DNA of 64,000 bases from Fimicolochytrium jonesii (lineage: Eukaryota): assembly GCF_025526975.1 (NCBI RefSeq), contig NW_026515674.1, positions 496,001-560,000 on the forward strand. Reading direction: 5' to 3'. The notes under the pieces are model-generated. The model saw only the letters and a program-made list of their open reading frames with translations. It did no database searches and was not told where the DNA came from. This document shows positions 1-9,435 of the stretch, piece after piece. The number at the start of each line of letters is the position of its first letter. Position 1 is the stretch's first letter. Position numbers and translations under genes: made by a program.

Positions 1-1959
1 CGACTTTCAGAATCACCCTAGATTTGTTCTATCCGTCCGATACAGCCTGGTTAGATACAGCGGCACAACGGATCGACGGCGCTTTCTTCGAGGAGCCCCC
101 GGAAAGCCGGGCGGAATTTGCCGAACGTCTCAACAACATGAAAGTCGCGTTATGGTCGACACATCGTGATGCGATCAGTGACGTGCGACTCGAAACGTAT
201 CTGGCTCGCTGGAAGGTGCCATATAAGTACGTGGACGACCCCTGGCCATCACCCGATAAACTCACACCTGCGGAGAAAACCCGCTGGAACGACTTGTTCA
301 AGTCCTTCGATATGGTAGTGGTTGACGATGTTGTAGATCAACTTAGATTTTTGGACGCCGTCATGGAGTCGAAGGATAACCCCGTGATTGTGTACACCAC
401 AACACTCGCAAATTTCAGTGAAGCATGCGCTGCGGCAGCGCCGTGGGACGGAAAGGTTCGTTTTGCCCTGAAGCCCCTTGGACCCGTCAAGCTCCTTCCG
501 CTATTTTGGGAATTCTTGATGAGCACCGAGGCACACTCGGTTGATAGCTTCGACGCAAACTTCCGCAAAATGATCAAGTCTCGAGGAAAACTCGACGTTG
601 ATCTCGAGATGGATCAGATGCGGGCGAGATACGATTTGGTCGGACTCGGTCCAGTAGGCGTCCCGCCCACAGATCAAGATCCAACGAATAATGACAGTGA
701 GAAGAGCCCGGAGGAGAACGGGTCAAAGACTCAAGACGATGGTTCTCAACAGTCACCGGCCGTGGAAGATGACTTCCGTGTGCTGATTGCCGAGGTACGG
801 CCTCTCTTCTTCTGCTTGTTCTTGTGTAATTAATGATCTCATCGCCGTTTTCCACCTCAACAACAGGACAATCCCAGTGAGTTTACAATCAGCCTTGATG
901 CGTTCGTTGTTCCATCGATGGGGTCCTGACGTTACAACTAGTCAATCAACAGATTCTGGCCACCTCACTATCGAGAAAACGGCTGAAGCATGACATAGTG
1001 GAAAATGGACAGCGGGCGGTGGACGCATGGACGGAGAAGCGATATCAAGTGGTAAGCACACTTGCTCCCTCTCGCACTCGCAAAGCTTAACGCTTCTTCT
1101 ACGTCCTTTCGAATCGGTCCTTTTATCATTAGATATTAATGGATGTCCAGGTAGGATTAGCAAGGGGAAAACGATCGCACATCACGAGCTCGCTCACCTA
1201 ACAGCCGTCTGTTCGTCCATATTTTGCAGATGCCAGTAATGAATGGCATTGATGCCGTTGCTATCATCCGCCGCCGAGAGAGAGAGTTCGCAGCCGAAGC
1301 CGAACGTACCAATGTGAAGAACTCTGCCAATACTACGGAAGCCGCACTGAATGGAAAGCAGGGAGCCCCGTCGCGCACGAACATCGTTGTTCTCACGGGC
1401 TTGGACAGCCCAGAGGATCAGAAAGCGGCAATGACGGCTGGCGCCGATTTGTTCTTGACTAAAGTGAGTGGTCGCTACTCACATGCGGCGTTTTCCGCAA
1501 AATCAGATCGTGGCGCGGCGCGGGCATTGGGTGAAACTCCGAAATAACGCTGTCCACTTACAGCCGGTCAGTATGAAGCGGTTACATGCGTATATCTCGC
1601 AATTGATCGACGTACCGACGTCTCATATCGAAAACATTGCGACCGCTCCCCGCCGAAACCTCACTCGGAAGGAAAGCAGAACCAAAAAACCAAAAGATGC
1701 GACTCCCACCAAGTCCGAGGCCGATAAGCCCTTACCGCGATTAACACGAAGACAGCAGGAGCAGCTCAACCATACCATAGTCACCTCCACTGATCTTGAA
1801 GACAATGTTTCTAAGGAAACCGAGCCCAGCCTTACTGTTGGCATGCCACCACACGTTGATCGCAAGTTTGGACATACGGCTCGTTCGCCGTCAAGTTCGT
1901 CTGACACAATATCTGAGATGTCTTCGAATAACAGCAGCATTGCTCTTCTTGGGGATTAG
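1..1959 (+). CDS. 3' part of a two-component response-regulator receiver protein (SSK1-like, or C-terminus of a hybrid histidine kinase); multi-exon, 5'-truncated by window
   Basis: Manual splicing gives RVLIAE-DNPINQQIL...ENGQRAVDAW...ILMDVQMPVMNGIDAV...IVVLTG...AGADLFLTK-PVS, a complete receiver domain. Uses micro-exons 867-876 and 1133-1150; stop at 1957-1959. Confidence 0.8.
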
Positions 1960-2348
1960 TGTACTTTAGACATGACGGAAGATATCGATGATCTCTCATC
2001 GCAGGGAAAGGACTTCCGTCGGACTGCATGAGACCCGGCTTGACACATAGACCTCTGCATCTTGTACATATACACAATCATCCCGTGGGCAGGATGGACC
2101 ACCAGTATGGGCCTTCGTAGGCCAACGTCATTATACATGGGCTATTGCTGCGTGCGCAAGCTACATTGATACCTGCCATGTCCCTACCATGCCACAATTT
2201 GCCGCCCACGGCGATGCACGAAACAAGAACCCATGCGGCATTAAGGGTCTAAGCAGAGGCTTATCCAGATTTTCGTTAATGGCCATGTCCAAGATTTGCA
2301 TTTCGCTGCTTTTTGTATGTACATACAGCACATACTGTACAGTACCTC

Positions 2349-2382
2349 ACGCGTCAGGCACGCGTTCAAAAGTGACGCGAAA
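2349..2382. promoter_or_regulatory. Cluster of MCB/SCB-like motifs upstream of DNAAF4
   Basis: ACGCGT at 2349-2354 and 2360-2365, ACGCGAAA at 2375-2382, about 100-130 nt before the ATG at 2482. Confidence 0.35.
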
Positions 2383-2481
2383 GTTTCCAAGTTCAAAAGC
2401 ACTTAGACCTCTTGCGTTGCCGTATGTTTTTGCAAGAAGCACATCTATACACAGTGCTCAACAGCGGTCGTTTCTGCGGGC

Positions 2482-4358
2482 ATGCCGATCATCATCAAAG
2501 AGTACACATGGACGGAGTCCTCAACGCATGTCTATTTGACGATTCCGTTGAAGGGTGCAAACCCCAAGAAGACGGATGTTTATGGTATGGGAGTCATACA
2601 AAACCTGCACCAAATGTCAGCTTCCGCTTACTGGATGCTGATATATTGCCCCGTTTTCCTTTCAGTCAATGATGTGTACGTGAAGGTCAATTTTCCGCCC
2701 TACTTCTTCGAGTTGGATTTGGCACATGAAGTGGATAGCGAAAATGCGGTTGCTACGATTGGCAACGGATGTGCGAAGTTGGAGCTACCAAAGGCATGCG
2801 GGACGCCATCGCATTACTTCAGTTGAACATATCATCTGATTCGTTCCTTCTGATAGCAAATCGAGCAGCCCTGGACGACGCTTACACACACGCCTACATC
2901 CCCGGACTCTCTCAAATCCCGACGCGCAAATGCAGACGAGAAATCCAGAGCTCGCATTGCAGCAGCGCAAGAAAAGAAGCTGGCAGCACGGCGTGAGAGG
3001 GAGAGGGCGCTGGTTCAGAAGCAGATTGAAGTGGAGCGAAATGCAAGGGAGGAGGTCGCCCGCTTGAAAGAAGAAGAAAGGCGTGCCGCTGTAGAAGACT
3101 TGGCGGGCTGGACTCGGAATGTGGAAGATGGGGAAAGACGGAGAGACCGGATGGAGTCGAATATTCGAGGGCAAACCTCGTCGGAGGACAAAATCACAGA
3201 GATATTCGAGGACGATGACCTTGTATCTACGCATAGCCGTGCGATCGAGAACGAATATACGTCGGGCCCTGAGGATGCGGTAGCCCAGGAGCCTGAAAAC
3301 ACGATCACGCATGCATCTTATATACAAGAAGTAAATGACTCTGAGGAAGATGAGGATGGATTGGACATGGAAGAAATCAGAGCGAAAGTGCGAAAGCAGC
3401 TGCAACGTGAGCCATGATTTGGGACCTGTGAGAGGAAGACGTGTTTGCTCATTCGTATTCTGGATGCCCTTTCGAATACAGCTAAGAGTGTTCCTCCCCC
3501 ACGGGACGTAGACCGGGAGATCATCATCTCTTTTACATCACGAGGATTGAAACCCACGAAAACAGCCCGGGAAAGCGAAGATGGTACGCTTGGGTAGCTT
3601 CCTCTATCCTGTTCCACATCGCTTCGCAAACCTAACCGCCATGTCGCTTTGGTAGTAAAATGGGAGACCCGCATCAAAGCGATGCAGGATGAGCACGAGC
3701 TGAAGCAGAAAGCGATAGCCGCCAAAGCCGCTGAGACTGACGCCAATGGCATTGACGAGACAAACCGTATGGATCCAGATTGCCATTTCATCATCGTCCC
3801 TTATAGCTAATCCGTCAGGTTCCCATTCAGCGATCTTCCTGAAGGACAAAGGAAACGCGTTCTACAGGACAGGAAACTTTGAAGCAGCAATAAATGCATA
3901 CTCGGCCGCATTGAAATTGGACCCGGACAGTCTGCCGTAAGTAGTTCTGCCCGAAGATTGTCCATTGGAACAATGCTCAAGCGTTCTGCCTCGTCCACTC
4001 ATCTCGCAGATGTCTCTCCAATCGCGCCGCGTCCTACCTCCACCTCTCTCAACATGACTCTTGCATCAAAGATTGTACAGCAGCTCTCGACCTTCTTTCC
4101 CGCGAGGAGAAGAACATAATTGAGAAGATGATCAACGACACTCCAGCGGCAAAGGAACAGCGACGGATCTCCAGGGTGAAATCACTTGTTAGGAGAGGAG
4201 CAGCGAGCTTGAAGAGCGGGAAGAGGACCGAGGCTGTGAAAGATTATACTGAAGCCTGTGGAATAGATCCTCGGAACGAGGGATTAAAGGATGATCTGGC
4301 CGTCTTGACACTGGCAGAGCCACTGCAGACGTTGGGCGCCCAGGAGAAGGGACGTTGA
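2482..4358 (+). CDS. DNAAF4: Axonemal dynein assembly factor 4 (DYX1C1); CS/p23 domain, coiled coil, TPRs; multi-exon
   Basis: N-terminus MPIIIKEYTWTESSTHVYLTIPLKG...YVKVNFPPYFFELDL...ATIGNG matches the DYX1C1 CS domain. C-terminal TPRs: LKDKGNAFYRTGNFEAAINAYS and VKSLVRRGAA. Confidence 0.9.
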
Positions 4359-4546
4359 GCTAGATTTATAAATCGGGACGTAGGGAGACCTTAGCTTTGT
4401 ATTTCCAACGAACATATGTAATTCGGTTGATGCTCCATTGTGGAAGCCGAGCTTACTTTTTCATCTTCCTTTTCATTACTCATTGCCCTCCTCCAAACTT
4501 GAAGATGACACCCCTCGCGCTCGAATCTTCGATATATATAGCTCAA

Positions 4547-4745
4547 CAGGTCGCAGGCCGCGCACTTGCCGATCAAGACCTGATTACGAATATGTGAAAT
4601 GTTCTACATAACTCTCAGTGAGCCGCTTTGGAAAAAGGTGTGACGGGCGGCCCTTGCTAAATGGCTACAAGTTGCCTTCATCGGCGACGCCTCAGGCAGA
4701 GGTACAATGATGTGGATGGCAGATAACCACCACGGAAAATGGGAT
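4547..4745 (-). ncRNA. Candidate Fanzor omega-RNA scaffold region
   Basis: Immediately 3' of the Fanzor stop. Inverted-repeat stems seen by eye at 4712-4733, 4673-4698, 4620-4653 and 4547-4582. Exact ends unknown. Confidence 0.45.
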
Positions 4746-4760
4746 GGGGTGAAATCTAGA

Positions 4761-7676
4761 CTACCGGTTACGGGAGAATGCGTCTGATCTGCGGCCATTG
4801 CCAAACACCACCGAACGCACAATCGAGAGGAAATTCTTGGTGCTCAGGACGTCCCAATTGTGCACTCTCATCCGTAGTCGTAGTGGTCGTCTTCCAGGAA
4901 TCTCAAATGGTGTCCAGTCTTGGTTGATACATTCGGGATTGGGGCAACCACCAATCCATGGACGTATTCCATTCTTCCCTTTCTAGCTTGCCATGGCCGA
5001 GATGACAGCCGCTGTAGGATGTTTTTCTTCACACGGCCGTGGCAGTCGGGACACACGGACGACGTTCGATACTCATCCAGCAAGTAGCATGGAATGCTGT
5101 TTCTTGCAAAGAGTGTGCGGAATCTGATTTCCATGATGAGTTAGCATAATAGAATACATAGTAGATACCACCAATCATGGTCACTCACCCCTTGGTCTTC
5201 GATGACTCCTGAAAGCGCATCGTTTTCCCAGCATCGCTCCAATCACCCAAGATGACCGAAAAATTCTTTCCATACCGGCGTCGCATGTTCTTAATGAGCT
5301 TGCTCTCAGACTTTTGCCGCAGTGAGAACGCCTTGAACCTGCGAGCGACGTGAATCTCATCCTGGTAAAACTCATCCAGGGCGGGATCTGGGATATGGAT
5401 GGATGTCAGCCCATGTATTACTAAATTTGAAGACAGCGCATAATACATCATACCTGCATGTATGTGATCCACAATGAACGCTGAGAACGCCTCGATGTTC
5501 ATGCTCTTGTGCGATGGAATATGTGATTCCATCTCAGCAATGCCGGCATTGATCTTTCGCTCTCTCATGTCTCTTTGAAAGTACCGAGACTTTGTCTCGA
5601 CCGCCCGTTGATTGGATGTGTATCTGGTTGAGGTGGTGCATTGTGAGAACGCTGCAACGGAATGTCGCCGCAATGGGGATGGTGGGCGGAGACGGGGGGA
5701 TGGTGGGCGGAGACGGGGGGATGGTGGGCGGAGACGGGGGGATGGTGGGCGGAGACGGGGGGCTGGGGGGCGGAGATGGGGGGCTGGGGGGCGGAGACGG
5801 GGGGCTGGGGGGCGGAGACGGGGGGCTGGGGGGCGGAGACCGGGGGGGGGTAGCAGGGACAGCAGGGCAGTAGTAATCAACTGAAACGTACCGAAATGGC
5901 CGCTCCTTCTTGATGTCTCGACAGAACAAGAGGTAATGCTTGCCCGGATCAATGCTGATGATGTTTGGAGCCTCCCGTAGTTTGGCGATGTGGTGCTCAA
6001 AATACAGCTGCTTGACTTCTTCCTGCATTTGGGCTTTGCTGCGCTTCCGGGCGCCATGGCCGTACTTGAGCCCTGGCTTCTTGAAGTGGATGGTAGCGGA
6101 ATACCCGTTTGTGCTGATTGACCCATCAAATTTGAGACCAAGCTTCTTTCGATGCTTGAAGACCTTGTCCTACAATCTGTCATTCAGCAAAGTAATCAGA
6201 TTGAAATAAGCGCAGAAGGATACAAACTTACATTGATGTTGAGAAACTGCCCCCACAGCTCCCGCTTGCGTTGATCGGTGAGTTTCCCCATGCAATGGTG
6301 GCTCAAGCCCAGGATATGAGTGGCTAGGATCTTCGTGTCGATCCTAACAGATGACTTGATTTGAGATTTGCGTAGCGGGATCACTGAAAACAGCCGCATT
6401 CCACAGTGCTCATAGAGGCGTGAGAGCTCACAATAGGCACCTGTGACGAGGCAGGTGCGGAGCAAGATTAGACAAAAGAGGAAGCTGGGGGGGGGGGGGG
6501 AAATATACTAACTCACCTAAATATGGCATTGCATCCACCGCAAGGCTGTACGCAAGCGGTTCATCCTGGGGAGGAAACAGAGCCCATAACTTGTCGAGGA
6601 CGGTCCGCTCAAGTCGTGTGAGGCGCGCAAACTCTTCTTCGGTTGGAAACTCTTCAAACGTCGCATACTTTTTAAACTGACGGACACGCTGATAATAGTG
6701 TCGCCGCTGCACTCGGTTGACTCCAGCTCTACGGAGATGCAGTACGACTTGCTTCAAACCAAGCCTTTCATTGACGTAGCGCAGAAACATTTGCATGAAA
6801 TGCTCTTGTACGTTAACTTTGAGGTTTGTGAAGATGCTCGTAGCCGTGTACGCTGCGGTCTGTTGGCAATACCGCATGCGGATGGGGGCAAATCCGTGAA
6901 CATCACAGTAGTCTTGAACCCATGGATGCAACTGTTGCGCGATGACCGGATTGCCGTTGTAGCCTGGATTGTTTAGCAGCTCAAATATCACACTGATGTG
7001 TTTGTCGGTGATGTCCGGGAAATCGTGTAGAGGATGATCAGCTGTGGTGGGGGGCAGACGTAGCAGTCAGGACATTGGTTTATGGGAAATATACAGTGTA
7101 CCTCAAAAACTCACCAAGGTAGTACTTGAGAAAAAAGCTGGTGTGGCGCGCAAGGATGTGAACATTGCCGATGAATGTTGTCAGGCGCTCCCTTTGCTCC
7201 CTTTGAACTTGATTATGGATGATTCGGTGAAGCGAAACCTTGGTGCTGGCATGTGTTTGCGGGCGGGGTCGTTGAACTGGTGGTGGTGGCGGGGGCTCAA
7301 GCACCAGGGATCCACCCGGTGTGCTGGGAAAAAGGAAAGGGATGGGAGCGCGGAGGTTCAACGGGCGCTGCAGACCCCTGTCCGCGGGTGAAAGCCCTCG
7401 CTGCGGCAGCTGCTGCTGCTGCCCGTCTTCATCGCCGGAGCTCTCACCGGAACTCTCGCTAACCATGTCTGCAATTGCTTGGGGCAAGTGGCGTTGGACA
7501 GACGGTGGGAATTCAAATCGCGGGGGTGGTTGCAATGGTGTCTGCACAGCGGTTGGCAGACGTATGGGCAACCGCGGGGTAACCGGAGCAACCTTCCTCC
7601 TCTTCCGCCGTGGTGTGGTAGCTCCGGTAAAGATGCCACACCACAGGTGCCCCTGGAGCGCCTGGTGTGATGGCAT
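4761..7676 (-). pseudogene. Fanzor1 (TnpB/Cas12-related RuvC endonuclease), 7 exons, about 768 aa after repairing one frameshift near 4950
   Basis: Exons 7676-7115, 7041-6517, 6440-6232, 6169-5892, 5623-5454, 5387-5189, 5123-4761, all GT-AG. Motifs: LFSVIPLRK..VRIDT, FDGSISTNGYS, RuvC-I IISIDPG, VILGDWS, RuvC-II LLDEYRTSSVCPDC, second zinc pair CPNPEC, RuvC-III NWDVLSTKNF. Exon total is 2306 nt, one base short of a whole number of codons. Confidence 0.9.
5675..5840 (+). repeat. G-rich 21-bp minisatellite (8 copies) inside Fanzor intron 4
   Basis: 4 x GGGGATGGTGGGCGGAGACGG, then 4 x GGGGCTGGGGGGCGGAGAYGG (last copy partial). Confidence 0.95.
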
Positions 7677-7945
7677 GATGGCCGTGCTGTGCCTTAAGTC
7701 AGCCGAGACGGGTGGTGATTGCCGTGATAGCTGTGGGTCAAGGAACTCACGTCAATGCTGTGGTAATGAGGCTGAGAACGGTGAGGAATTGCGGTTGTTA
7801 CCTGGTGGCGGTTGAAGGTGAAACCGGGGATGCTTACTGCTCACAATTGCGTTGGGAAGGAAGGGGGTTGGGAAGGAAGGTTGGTGGGAAGGAAGGGTGG
7901 TATGTAATTGGGAGTGAGGATCCCCACGTTTTTTACACGCGTGTA

Positions 7946-8267
7946 AAGGTAGCTTCCTGGTGAGCTGTGTGAATTCAAAAGTGATCTGTTTTAGTGTTTT
8001 CTCCCGAGTGCTACTGTCAGCAACGACAATACTGCGGAAGGCAGCCAAATCATCGTCAGAAGGCTGGTACTTAGCTGGTCTTCCTGTTGGCTTCTTCGAT
8101 TGATAGGCGGTTGGTGCAGTGGCACTCTCGTTCGCAAACCTCTCAATAGTGTTCCTCACAGTATTCCTGTGAACGTGCTCCTGCCTTGCAATTTCAGATG
8201 TCGTCTTGCCTGCTATATGGAGGGCAACTATGGCTGCCCTTTTTTGTGGTGTGAGAGGTTTCCCCAT
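7946..8267 (-). pseudogene. Truncated Tc1/mariner (IS630-Tc1) transposase; N-terminal HTH DNA-binding region only
   Basis: MGKPLTPQKRAAIVALHIAGKTTSEIARQEHVHRNTVRNTIERF...KPTGRPAK...TLKQI gives HTH1, the GRP AT-hook-like linker and the start of HTH2. No DDE domain follows. Confidence 0.8.
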
Positions 8268-8391
8268 AGCTGAGGTGGTGAAGATGTTGGCGTGCATTTC
8301 GCCATCACGGCTTCGTCGCTGGCTTCAATACTCAAGCTTGCGGCTCCAAAACGCGCGGTGCGCTTTGTGAAACGGTCATTGAAATCCATAT

Positions 8392-8424
8392 GGGGTGCAC
8401 ACAGCTTTTTGTCCACTGACTGTA
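8392..8424 (-). repeat. Tc1-like terminal repeat plus TA target dinucleotide
   Basis: Minus strand reads TA CAGTCAGTGGACAAAAAGCTGTGTGCACCCC, a CAGT...AAAA...CACCCC pattern typical of Tc1 ends, about 155 nt upstream of the transposase ATG. Confidence 0.65.
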
Positions 8425-8679
8425 CATGTACAGGTATTGCAGATGATTGCGGGACTTTTTTTTTGAGAAGGAAGCGCCTTTGGCAGTGCAGAGAATGCAA
8501 GCTACTCGGCACACCTTCCCGAAGACCCTGTTGTGGAACTCGTTACTTTATTCCCCTTCACACATACCACTCGTTTTATAGACATTTGATCGGACGGTCT
8601 GCACACACACACAACCAGCTCTCTATCTGCAGAGAAGAAAAGGGGGAGGGGTACGGTAGCTATAAAAAGGAAGCTGTGG

Positions 8680-9262
8680 TTGAAACTGGTTGTTTACAAC
8701 ACTCCCTCTCAGACTACAGATCGTCGCACCCCGGAGGAGATGGAGGCGGAGAGAAACCGTCTCTCATCGTTGAAGGCCCAGCGACTGCGAGAGAAGGAAA
8801 TAGCGACGATAAGGGCTGTGGCGGAGAAAGCTCGAAGGAAGGGCGAAAAGGCGTTAGCCGCAAGAGAGCTGGCCAGCCGAAAGGCAGAGGCAACGGCCCG
8901 CATGAAAGAGAAGCGAGTGGCAAGGAATCACGGTGTTCTCGCATCTCGCTTGAACATGGGCGCGACGACAACAGCAGCGGTCTTCGAGTCATTCTTGCGA
9001 GACGATGTCATCCCTAGAATGGAGCAAAATGGAGCAAAACCCTCGAGCCTGCGTTAATGAGGAGTATAGTTTTGTTGCGCACATCTCGTGGAGGCTGCCC
9101 CTATGCCGGGCTGCCTCAACACTCGAAGAAAATTTAACAGCACTGGGAGTTGAACTCTTGACCCATGCGTCCACAAGCCAAGCTTCTCCAACCACACCAA
9201 GTACCATTGTTGAGTTTGTGGATATCAGGGGGAGTGTACAGTGTATGTATTTGTTGTCGTGA
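8680..9262 (+). pseudogene. Orphan ORF with a charged helical N-half, frameshifted by a 10-bp tandem duplication
   Basis: ORFs 8680-9057 and 9005-9262 join in frame if one copy of AATGGAGCAA (9018-9037) is removed. TATAAAA at 8661. Confidence 0.4.
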
Positions 9263-9435
9263 AAACGGCTGCATGGCCTTCTGGCACTACTGTCAGAATC
9301 GCGGACCGCGTCTGCCGAATGTGAGCGCTGAGGCTCCCAACTGGAAGACTTGAAGCCTTTCTCCAGTAGCTCGAAAAACGAATTTGACATTCCCTACGGG
9401 CGACGAGGAGACGAGGCAACTATACAGTCAGCGCA

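Larger units (their letters stand above)
4540..8424 (-). mobile_element. Tc1/mariner-associated Fanzor element, non-autonomous or decayed; left boundary uncertain
   Basis: In order on the minus strand: Tc1-type terminus TA|CAGTCAGTGGACAAAAAGCTGTGTGCACCCC (8424-8392), transposase HTH ORF, Fanzor1 gene, structured 3' region. Inserted between DNAAF4 and SHQ1. No clean second TIR found. Confidence 0.65.

Noticed and set aside
4391..4576. Continuation of the interrupted transposase (LSYIYRRFEREG)
   Set aside because: Only a vague resemblance to the second HTH, with no DDE motifs following.
4616..4650. Partner TIR for the 8392-8424 Tc1 end (CAGTGAG...GGAAAAAGGTGTGAC)
   Set aside because: Only patchy gapped similarity and no adjacent TA; not supportable as a TIR.
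5675..5840. 21-bp repeats as a CRISPR array, or as Pro-rich/Gly-rich coding ORFs
   Set aside because: The units are head-to-tail with no spacers and lie inside a GT-AG intron whose removal restores the Fanzor frame.
8292..9017. 241-aa plus-strand ORF
   Set aside because: It crosses the transposon end and an overlapping ORF in another frame; probably a chance open frame.
9423..9431. TACAGTCAG matching the Tc1 terminus
   Set aside because: Only 9 bp, in the wrong orientation to enclose the element, and within the SHQ1 leader.
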